Source of the DNA: a bacterium
GTDB taxonomy: Bacteria; SZUA-79; Acidulodesulfobacterales; Acidulodesulfobacteraceae
Direction: 5' to 3'
Length of the DNA stretch: 40,526 nucleotides
Assembly (NCBI GenBank): GCA_027335745.1
Contig: DAHWHJ010000023.1
Span: forward strand, 1 to 40,526
Shown here: positions 7,276-14,357 of the stretch, piece by piece
Position numbering within the stretch: the first letter of the stretch is position 1
Layout of the letters: every line of letters begins with the position of its first letter
Position numbers and translations under genes: made by a program
Notes under the pieces: model-generated
Database searches by the model: none
What the model was told of the DNA's origin: nothing
The model's input: only the letters and a program-made list of their open reading frames with translations

Positions 7276-7539
7276 ATGGAAACTACGAGCGTATCGGTAA
7301 AAGGACAGGTCGTCCTGCCTTATAAAATCAGAAAGGCGTTAGGTATTAGACAGAATACCAAACTAATCGTGTTGCAGGACGGGAACAATATCCTTTTAAA
7401 ACCCATAGAGGAACCGTCCATAGACGAATTTAAAAGGCTTATAGCCTTAGGCGATAAAATTACTCTGGAATCGGGTTTAAAACGCAATGATATCGAAAAA
7501 GCCGTAAAAGAGGCAAGGAAAAAACAAAATTGCGCATAG
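7276..7539 (+). CDS. AbrB/MazE/SpoVT-family antitoxin
   Basis: VSVKGQVVLPYKIRKALGI is the swapped-hairpin AbrB motif. The start is moved to the ATG at 7276, which has an AAAGGGGG SD. The ORF-track ATG at 7228 overlaps the predicted -10. Confidence 0.8.
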   Translation: METTSVSVKGQVVLPYKIRKALGIRQNTKLIVLQDGNNILLKPIEEPSIDEFKRLIALGDKITLESGLKRNDIEKAVKEARKKQNCA

Positions 7540-7928
7540 TTTTAGATACCAATGTATTAATATCAGGCATATTCTTTAGGGGCAACGAAAGAAACCTGCT
7601 TGAACGCTTGTTCAATAAAGAATTCGAAATTATATGCACGGAGGAAATTTTTGAAGAATATTCGGTCGTTATAAAAAGGCTTGCCGGAAAATACGATAAA
7701 AACAATTATAATGAAATTATTAATATAATTGCCAGAAATTGCACATTTATCCAAAATGTTTATAGCAAAAAATATTCAAGGGACCCCGACGACGATAAAT
7801 TTATAAACTGCGCTATAAGCGGGAAGGCGGATTATCTTGTTTCCGGAGATAAAGATCTGCTGGTATTAAAAAAAATAGCCGGTTTCGAAATAATCACCGC
7901 TCTTTACTTTTTAGGACTTTTAAAATAA
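7530..7928 (+). CDS. PIN-domain toxin (TIGR00305-like putative toxin)
   Basis: RIVLDTNVLISG and DPDDDKFINCAISGKADYLVSGDKDLL supply the acidic PIN residues. The TTG start overlaps the antitoxin stop by 10 nt. Confidence 0.8.
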   Translation: MRIVLDTNVLISGIFFRGNERNLLERLFNKEFEIICTEEIFEEYSVVIKRLAGKYDKNNYNEIINIIARNCTFIQNVYSKKYSRDPDDDKFINCAISGKADYLVSGDKDLLVLKKIAGFEIITALYFLGLLK

Positions 7929-7976
7929 TTTATAAATGATTTTTTTAATTAATGATATATTGTTTTGCTTGTTAGA

Positions 7977-8084
7977 TTAACCAAAATGCACCTCCTTAGG
8001 AGTTTTATATCTTAAAGATTGGTGAAGCCTTTCGCTATTATAAAATTTGAAATGATGTTCGGTTATTCCGCAAAAGGTGTTCGA
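7977..8084 (-). pseudogene. C-terminal remnant of an rve (DDE integrase-core) IS transposase
   Basis: The 35-codon fragment reads SNTFCGITEHHFKFYNSERLHQSLRYKTPKEVHFG*. This matches the conserved YN-ER-H--L-Y-TP-E tail of IS3/IS481-type transposases. It is bounded upstream by a stop codon, and no catalytic core is present. Confidence 0.55.
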
Positions 8085-8204
8085 TTACGTCGGAATACAC
8101 AAATACTGATAATTTGGCGTTTAGGCAAAATAAATTTTATGCGGATAATCGAGTAGAGTAGTTAATAAATTAAAGTAAATAAATTACTGAATTAATTTAA
8201 ATTA

Positions 8205-8453
8205 GTGGTGCATTTAACCGTGCCGATGTGGTGTATTTTAATATTGCCGGTAACAATTTTATTTGAAGTCGATTTAAATTATTTTATACCGCAAGACTTA
8301 AAGAACAAAGAAAATTTCAATGAAAACGCCGAGTTTGAAAAAATGAACCGGATACTAAAAGAATTATATAAAACTAAAAACGCCGATATTATTCTTGCCG
8401 CAGAAAACTGCTTAAATTCTCTTCACGCTATATTGAAAAAAAGAAATAAATAA
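8205..8453 (+). CDS. Hypothetical protein (weakly supported ORF)
   Basis: This is an open frame only. It has a GTG start, no SD and no recognisable motif. Confidence 0.25.
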   Translation: MVHLTVPMWCILILPVTILFEVDLNYFIPQDLKNKENFNENAEFEKMNRILKELYKTKNADIILAAENCLNSLHAILKKRNK

Positions 8454-8541
8454 AAATGTTAATACGATGCCTCTACGCAAAACAATGCAAGCAAGCACCG
8501 TATTTATAAACCTTATCCACTCGTCCTGCCCCAAGATACTT

Positions 8542-8573
8542 AAAAGTCCATATTTTATACCCTATGGACTTTT
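8542..8573. terminator. Perfect 11-bp hairpin, bidirectional terminator-like
   Basis: AAAAGTCCATA (8542-8552) pairs with TATGGACTTTT (8563-8573) around a 10-nt loop. The A and T runs form the outer ends of the arms. Confidence 0.4.
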
Positions 8574-8828
8574 ATCAATGTTAGAACATATACGATTTTG
8601 TGCGGTCGGCAAATTCCTAAAATTATGCAAAATTTAATAAGGGTCAAAACAGGATAGAATCGAGGGCATTTATAGAGCCATTAAAAGCGGTATATAACGC
8701 TTTCTTAAGCATTTTACGTCTTATACGGCGGATTTGAAAGCGGATTTTTTGACTTCTAAAATAAATAATGATATTAATGAAACGGGCAATCAACATATTT
8801 CAAAAATATTATTTAAGAAGGGGCAAAA

Positions 8829-9371
8829 ATGGATATTGTAAAACTCGAATCGGTAGAAGATAAGATAATTGAAATAAAAGGCGAAAAAGTTATCCTTGAT
8901 AGCGATGTTGCATTGCTTTACGGGGTCGAAACCAAGAGGATAAACGAGGCGGTAAAAAACAACACGGATAAATTTCCGGAAGGCTATATAATCGAACTCA
9001 ACAAAAATGAATGGAACGGATTGAAGTCGAAATTTTCGACTTCAATAAAAGGCGGGAAAGTAAAGCTTCCAGCCGCCTTTACCGAAAAAGGTCTTTACAT
9101 GCTTGCGACTATCCTGAAAAGCCCTCAGGCGACTAAAACAACCATTGCAATTATAGAAGCCTATGCAAAGATTAAAAACCTATCGAGAGACGTAAAAGCA
9201 TTAACCATCGTGCAGGATAAAAAGGAACAGAAGGAATTAATGAAGAAAAGCGGCGAGACTATCGCCGAACTGCTCGATGACGCATTGGGAACAACTGATA
9301 CCGAAACATCCATTGAATTAAATCTTGCCGTCTTAAAATTTAAGCATACGATTAAGAAAAAGAAAAAATAA
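8829..9371 (+). CDS. ORF6N-domain (KilA-N-related) DNA-binding protein
   Basis: ILDSDVALLYGVETKRINEAVKNNTDKFPEGYIIELNKNEW and FTEKGLYMLATILKS are ORF6N hallmarks. An AAGGGG SD is present. Confidence 0.8.
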   Translation: MDIVKLESVEDKIIEIKGEKVILDSDVALLYGVETKRINEAVKNNTDKFPEGYIIELNKNEWNGLKSKFSTSIKGGKVKLPAAFTEKGLYMLATILKSPQATKTTIAIIEAYAKIKNLSRDVKALTIVQDKKEQKELMKKSGETIAELLDDALGTTDTETSIELNLAVLKFKHTIKKKKK

Positions 9372-9461
9372 GCAAGACAGCAAGACAAACAAGACAAAGA
9401 GCAAGACGGGGAAATGCAGTATCTATAAGGCTTGTCTTGCTGTCCTGTCTTGCCGTTTTTT
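9372..9461 (+). terminator. Long interrupted hairpin built from CAAGACA heptads, followed by a T6 run
   Basis: The outer stem pairs 9372-9380 (GCAAGACAG) with 9445-9453 (CTGTCTTGC). The inner stem pairs 9381-9388 with 9432-9439. A TTTTTT run lies at 9456-9461. The structure begins right after the ORF6N stop codon. Confidence 0.6.
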
Positions 9462-9498
9462 AATAAACTTTTTGTAAATTTATTAATTATAATTAATA

Positions 9499-9507
9499 TG
9501 CTATAAT
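9499..9507 (+). promoter_or_regulatory. Extended -10 element TGCTATAAT upstream of the 66-aa ORF
   Basis: This is an exact TGnTATAAT, 63 nt upstream of the ATG at 9570, which has a GAAGGAG SD. Confidence 0.4.
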
Positions 9508-9569
9508 TTCATTAAAGCAGAATATGTAATAGGACAGATAATAAATTTTTTATGTGAAGGAGATATTTT

Positions 9570-9770
9570 ATGTTGAATAATACTAATAAAATTGGCAATA
9601 TGACGGTTGAGGATTTAAACCAGCTTATAGAACAGAAATTAATCGAAATTGTAGGCGATCCCGATTCCGGCTTGGAATTAAAAGACAATTTTAAGGAAAA
9701 GTTAAAAAAACGCCTTAAATCCTCTTCTAAAAGGGTTTTGCACCAAGAGGTAATTAAAAGGTTTGCATAA
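9570..9770 (+). CDS. Small hypothetical protein (66 aa), antitoxin-like size and charge
   Basis: It has a strong GAAGGAG SD and its own promoter-like element. The core reads DLNQLIEQKLIEIVGDPDSGLELKDNFKEKLKKRL. I cannot name a family with confidence. Confidence 0.55.
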   Translation: MLNNTNKIGNMTVEDLNQLIEQKLIEIVGDPDSGLELKDNFKEKLKKRLKSSSKRVLHQEVIKRFA

Positions 9771-9808
9771 TGTTGACTTATATATAATCCAGATAGTAAA
9801 ATAAAGAA

Positions 9809-10021
9809 ATGAACGAGATAATATTTAAAATAGAAGAAGACATAGAATCCGGCTATACCGCAAGGGCGTTAGGCTATTCTATTTTTACGGAAGGCGAAAC
9901 TATGGAAGAGTTGCGCAATAATATTAAAAACGCCCTGGAATGCCATTTCGAGAACAAATCCGATATTCCCCCTGTCGTAAGGCTCCATCAGGTAAAAGAA
10001 GAAGTTTTCGCGTATGCCTAA
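9809..10021 (+). CDS. hicB: HicB-like antitoxin (UPF0150-type small form)
   Basis: IIFKIEEDIESGYTARALGYSIFTEGETMEELRNNIKNALECHFE matches the small HicB family. Its stop overlaps the ATG of a HicA-like frame in an ATGCCTAA junction. Confidence 0.7.
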   Translation: MNEIIFKIEEDIESGYTARALGYSIFTEGETMEELRNNIKNALECHFENKSDIPPVVRLHQVKEEVFAYA

Positions 10022-10181
10022 AATTCCCCGTAATATCTCCGGCAGGGATTTAGCAAAATTATTGTCGAAATACGGCTATAAAAAATACGGGAAAAGTTTC
10101 GAAGAGTTCGAAAAAGAAGAATTAAATAATCTTATCGGTATAGCTCCGCCCCTTATACCTCTTATATGTCCAGTTTCCTAA
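10014..10181 (+). pseudogene. hicA: Truncated or degenerate hicA toxin gene
   Basis: The first 23 codons (MPKIPRNISGRDLAKLLSKYGYK) match the HicA N-terminus. The frame then diverges, with no GSH catalytic block, and runs into the convergent gatA 3' end. Confidence 0.45.
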
Positions 10182-11685
10182 ATCCCGCATTTTCCCTGAA
10201 CTTCACCTCGTCTTCTATCGCTTTGGCAAACGACAACAGCCTGTCTTCCGCCGCCCATGGAGCGATAGCCTGAAGTCCTACGGGAAGAACTCCGCCGTCT
10301 TTAGTCGGGTTTTTCATAACGCCGACGGGCATGCTTAAACCGGGCAGATAGGCAAGATTAACGGAAATAGTATAAATATCGGATAAATACATACTTAATG
10401 GGTCTCCGGTTTTTTCGCCTATTAAAAACGCGGGTGTTGGCGAAGTCGGACCGATTATAACATCCACTTTAGCAAAAGCGTCTTTATAATCTTTAATAAT
10501 CAGTTTTCTCACGAGCGACGCTTTTTTGTAGTAAGCGTCGTAATAACCCGCCGAAAGCGCAAAAGTGCCGAGAATTATGCGTCTTTTAACCTCGTTTCCA
10601 AATCCGGTTTCCCTCGATTTTCTGTAAAGGGCGTCCAAACTTTGAATCCCGTTTTCTTCCTTATGCCTGTAACCGAACCTGATTCCGTCGTATCTTTCGA
10701 GGTTGGAGCTTGCCTCGCTCGTGGCTATTATATAATAGGCGGCTACGGAATATTTAGTATTCGGAAGCGAAACGTCGGTTATAACCGCGCCCATATCTTT
10801 TAATAAATTTTTTATATCCGCTATTTTGGCGTTAATTTCCGGGTCTAAACCTTCGGAGAAAAATTCGACCGGAAGCCCGACCCTTAACCCTTTAATTAAC
10901 GATTTGTCCGCCTTTTTAACTATTCCTGCATAGTCTTTTACCTTAAATCTTCTGGTCGTCTGGTCTTTTTCGTCGAACCCGGTAACCGCGCCAAGCATAA
11001 TTGCGGCATCCGTTACGTTTTTTGAAAGAACGCCCGCCTGATCTAAAGAAGAACTGAAAGCTATTATGCCGTATCTGGAAATTAAGCCGTAGGTGGGTTT
11101 TAATCCTACTATGCCGCAGAGTGCGGCAGGCTGTCTTACCGAACCTCCGGTATCCGTCCCGAAAGAACCGGCGCATAGGTCGGCGGCGACAGCCGCGGCG
11201 GAGCCTCCGCTCGAACCGCCCGGGACCCTGTTTAAATCGTAAGGATTTTTAGTAGTATGATAAGCCGAGTTTTCCGTAGAAGAACCCATCGCAAATTCGT
11301 CTAAATTTACCTTTCCGAGGAAAACGTAATTATTTTCCTTAAGCCGTTTTACGACCGTAGAATCGTAGGGACTTATAAAATTATCTAATATTTTTGATGC
11401 GCAGGTAGTTTTTTTGCCTTTTATCAAAAAAATATCTTTTATGGAGAGAGGGATTCCCGTAAGAGGGGGGACGCCGTTTCCGTTTCCGCCCGAACCGATT
11501 ATTTTATCGGCAGCCTCGGCATTTTTTAAAGCTTCGTCGAAATCGGTATAAAGATATGCCGAAATTTTAGGGTCTAATTCTTCGATTCTTTTAATATACG
11601 AATTTAGAATATCGACGCTTTTTATTTCTCTTTTAGACAGCAAATCGGAAAGTTCCCCGATGGTTAGTTTATATAAACCGTCCAT
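10162..11685 (-). CDS. gatA: Glutamyl-tRNA(Gln)/aspartyl-tRNA(Asn) amidotransferase subunit A
   Basis: The amidase signature is present: GIPLSIKDIF, GGSSGGSAAAVAA and GTDTGGSVRQPAALCG. Confidence 0.95.
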   Translation of the reverse strand: MDGLYKLTIGELSDLLSKREIKSVDILNSYIKRIEELDPKISAYLYTDFDEALKNAEAADKIIGSGGNGNGVPPLTGIPLSIKDIFLIKGKKTTCASKILDNFISPYDSTVVKRLKENNYVFLGKVNLDEFAMGSSTENSAYHTTKNPYDLNRVPGGSSGGSAAAVAADLCAGSFGTDTGGSVRQPAALCGIVGLKPTYGLISRYGIIAFSSSLDQAGVLSKNVTDAAIMLGAVTGFDEKDQTTRRFKVKDYAGIVKKADKSLIKGLRVGLPVEFFSEGLDPEINAKIADIKNLLKDMGAVITDVSLPNTKYSVAAYYIIATSEASSNLERYDGIRFGYRHKEENGIQSLDALYRKSRETGFGNEVKRRIILGTFALSAGYYDAYYKKASLVRKLIIKDYKDAFAKVDVIIGPTSPTPAFLIGEKTGDPLSMYLSDIYTISVNLAYLPGLSMPVGVMKNPTKDGGVLPVGLQAIAPWAAEDRLLSFAKAIEDEVKFRENAGFRKLDI

Positions 11686-11728
11686 AATTTTCTTTATTAC
11701 TCCGTTATTTTATTTAAAAAAATTAAAT

Positions 11729-12112
11729 TTATTCTATAATCTGCGGGACAACGAAAAAACCGGCTTCAGAACCGGCGTTTTGGGTTTCAAAACTCGGCGC
11801 GTCGCTTTTTACTATGTCGAAATCGTAACTTTCGTCGGTTTTACATTCGTCGATGCGGCAGTCTTTATAAAATTTTTCGTTTAAATCTTCAAATCCAACC
11901 AACCTATCGTATTCCAGCTCTCCTTCTATGCTTTCTAAGGGCGAAACGTCCGCCTCTCCTATCATATTAATATATTCCAATATTTTGTTAAGTTCCGCGC
12001 CGAAATGCGTAAGGTCTTTTTCGCTTAAATCCAGCTTTGCAAGTTTCATTACGTGGTTTATATCGATTAAATTTTCTTTTTGATTTTCTTTTTTATCGTT
12101 ATCCGTTTCCAT
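11729..12112 (-). CDS. gatC: Amidotransferase subunit C, with an enlarged C-terminal half
   Basis: VMKLAKLDLSEKDLTHFGAELNKILEYINMIGEADV and the terminal GFFVVPQIIE are GatC blocks. I chose the start at METDND (12112) because it has a GGAG SD and avoids overlapping the pcrA stop. Confidence 0.8.
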   Translation of the reverse strand: METDNDKKENQKENLIDINHVMKLAKLDLSEKDLTHFGAELNKILEYINMIGEADVSPLESIEGELEYDRLVGFEDLNEKFYKDCRIDECKTDESYDFDIVKSDAPSFETQNAGSEAGFFVVPQIIE

Positions 12113-12125
12113 ATTTAACTCCGGT

Positions 12126-14306
12126 TTAATAATATTCGTAAGTATCGATAATCTCTTCAATCAGCTCTTCCGGTATTTCCTTTAAAAACCTCGAAGGCAT
12201 ATTATATTTATATTCCTTACCCGATCTTCTTCTTTTAGACCATGTAAGATAAAGTTTTTCTTTTGCCCTCGTTATGCCGACGTAGCATAGTCTTCTTTCT
12301 TCTTCTATGGATAATTCGTTGTCCAAAGACCTTATATGCGGAAACAGATGCTCCTCCAGCCCCGCTATAAACACGACCGGAAACTCAAGACCCTTTGCGC
12401 TGTGAAGAGTCATAAGCGATACCTTCGTTATATCGGAGCCGTCTGCCGACGCATCCGGTTCTTCCTTAGTATCGTTAATTGCGCTCTGGTCTAAAAATTC
12501 GGTAATATCTTCAAAATCATTAGATGCATTAATTAATTCTTCTATGTTATCCATTCTGTTCGCGTCCAACTCTACGGCTTTCGATACCCCGGCTTTAAGC
12601 ATGGCTTCGTAGCCGGAAAACTTATATGCGAAATTTATTATGTCGGATAATTTATTGCCGGAACCGTTATAGCTAGAACTATCGCCGGTTTTCGCCTCTT
12701 TTTGTTCGTTATATATCGCATTTTCCATTTCCGATTTAATTTTATATATAAGGGCAAAATAATTTGCAATTCCCGAAACATTTGGGTTTATTGATGCTGC
12801 GGTAAGATTTGAATAACCCGAAACGTCGAAATTTAAAGCAGGTATCTGTTTTTCCGTGTCTTTAAGCCCCCTGATAGAAGAAAACAATCCGTTTTGCAAA
12901 GCCGTTAAAATATCCACGCCGTTATTAAAAGCTATATCCTGCATAGTTTTTATAGTCTTTTCGCCCGCACCGGTAGGAACGCACTGAATACTTCTTTCAA
13001 AGCTCACTGCATCTTTAGGATTCACTGCAAATCTTAAAAAAGACAGAATGTCCTTGATTTCTTTCCTCTGATAAAATTTTAACCCGCCGTATATGTTGTA
13101 TCTAATGCTTTCCTTTATCAGTCTGTCTTCTATGACCCTCGACTGTGAATTTGCCCTGTAAAGTATCGCTATGTCTTTATTGGAATATCCGTCTTCCCTG
13201 ATAAGCCGCCTTATTTCTTTGGCTATATAATAGCTTTCCGAAAAATCGTTGTTTGCCTGATAAACGGTTATTTGACTCCCCCCGCTTTTTTTATCGGTTT
13301 TAAGCGTTTTATCCTTCCTCATCTTATTGCCTCTGACAAGAGCGGAAGCGGCATTAAGAATATTTTTAGTTGAACGGTAATTTCTCTCTAATTTTATTAC
13401 GGTGCAACCATGATAAGTTTTTTCGAAACTTAAAATGTTGTCTATCGTGGCGCCTCTGAAACTGTAAATAGACTGATCGTCGTCTCCTACCACGCATATA
13501 TTTTTGTGCTTTTCCGCAAGAATTTTAATTAATTTATCCTGAATATAGTTGGTATCCTGAAATTCGTCCACCATAATATATTTATATTGATTTGAATATT
13601 TTTCAAGAACCGGCGGATTGTTTTGAAAAAGCTTGACGGCGTTAAATAAAAGGTCGTTAAAATCCATTGCGTTACTTTCTTTAAGTCTTTTTGAATATTC
13701 TAAATATATGACGGCGTAATCTTTCTCCCATGCCTTTACCGTTCCAAAGGATTCGTCGGCATTTATGGCAGAATTTTTATTCTTTTCGATAAAATATTTT
13801 GCCTTGGAAGGGGTAATGATTTTTTCGTTCAGGTTAAGGGATTTAATAACTTTTGTAACTATTTTTGAAGAATCGTCATCGTCGAAAACTACGAAAGACC
13901 TCTCGTAGCCTATTAAGTCGGCATGTCTGCGCAAAAGTTTAAGGCAGAAAGAATGAAAGGTAGAAAATTCCGGCAGTCCATATCCGCTTTCGTAGCCGAA
14001 ATCGGAAGTATCTCCGTCTAATCGGTTTAAGTTATCCAGCGCTCTTTTTATTCTTTCCTTCATTTCCCGCGCCGCTTTGTTGGTAAACGTAACGCCGAGA
14101 ATATTATACGGTCTTGCTTTGCCCGTTTTAATAAGGTGAACGGCGCGCAAGGTTATAACCCTCGTCTTGCCCGAACCCGCTCCGGCAAGTATTAATAAAG
14201 GACCGTCTTCATGAAGAACGGCTTTGAGCTGTTCTTCGTTTAAACCTTTAAGATATTCGGCATCGTTGTTAGAATTAATCTTTTTTAGCTTCCGGGAATT
14301 TTCCAA
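12126..14306 (-). CDS. pcrA: UvrD/PcrA-family ATP-dependent DNA helicase
   Basis: It has Walker A (AGAGSGKT), motif II (VDEFQDTN), the NYRS motif (LERNYRST) and the late motifs MTLHSAKGLEFPVVF and YVGITRAKEKL. Confidence 0.92.
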   Translation of the reverse strand: MENSRKLKKINSNNDAEYLKGLNEEQLKAVLHEDGPLLILAGAGSGKTRVITLRAVHLIKTGKARPYNILGVTFTNKAAREMKERIKRALDNLNRLDGDTSDFGYESGYGLPEFSTFHSFCLKLLRRHADLIGYERSFVVFDDDDSSKIVTKVIKSLNLNEKIITPSKAKYFIEKNKNSAINADESFGTVKAWEKDYAVIYLEYSKRLKESNAMDFNDLLFNAVKLFQNNPPVLEKYSNQYKYIMVDEFQDTNYIQDKLIKILAEKHKNICVVGDDDQSIYSFRGATIDNILSFEKTYHGCTVIKLERNYRSTKNILNAASALVRGNKMRKDKTLKTDKKSGGSQITVYQANNDFSESYYIAKEIRRLIREDGYSNKDIAILYRANSQSRVIEDRLIKESIRYNIYGGLKFYQRKEIKDILSFLRFAVNPKDAVSFERSIQCVPTGAGEKTIKTMQDIAFNNGVDILTALQNGLFSSIRGLKDTEKQIPALNFDVSGYSNLTAASINPNVSGIANYFALIYKIKSEMENAIYNEQKEAKTGDSSSYNGSGNKLSDIINFAYKFSGYEAMLKAGVSKAVELDANRMDNIEELINASNDFEDITEFLDQSAINDTKEEPDASADGSDITKVSLMTLHSAKGLEFPVVFIAGLEEHLFPHIRSLDNELSIEEERRLCYVGITRAKEKLYLTWSKRRRSGKEYKYNMPSRFLKEIPEELIEEIIDTYEYY

Positions 14307-14357
14307 AATTTTATTTTCACAAGAAATTTAACTTTAATATAATGAATTATAGCTATT

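Larger units (their letters stand above)
6967..10160. mobile_element. Decayed tRNA-Pro-associated integrative islet
   Basis: It starts immediately 3' of the tRNA. It contains an integrase C-terminal remnant, two TA-type modules (one truncated), an rve transposase remnant, an ORF6N gene and long non-coding gaps. It is flanked by housekeeping genes (rpe and gatA). No att direct repeat was found. Confidence 0.5.

Noticed and set aside
7984-8216. A 9-nt inverted repeat, AAATGCACC (7984-7992) / GGTGCATTT (8208-8216), as possible IS or MITE ends.
   Set aside because: It is short, one arm lies inside the transposase-tail coding remnant, and no target-site duplication is visible. This is compatible with chance.
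9773-9802. A separate promoter for hicB (TTGACT, 18-nt spacer, TAAAAT).
   Set aside because: The -10 would end only 6 nt before the hicB ATG, and the nearer TATAAT lies just 4 nt from the -35. Co-transcription with the upstream 66-aa gene is the simpler explanation.
6942-10200. A direct repeat of the tRNA-Pro 3' end (att site) at the right edge of the islet.
   Set aside because: By eye, only a 6-nt TCCAGT match near 10167 was found, and it lies inside gatA coding sequence. That is not sufficient to call attR.
11660-11884. A 74-aa plus-strand ORF across the gatA-gatC junction.
   Set aside because: It is antisense to gatC and to the gatA start, and it has no signals.
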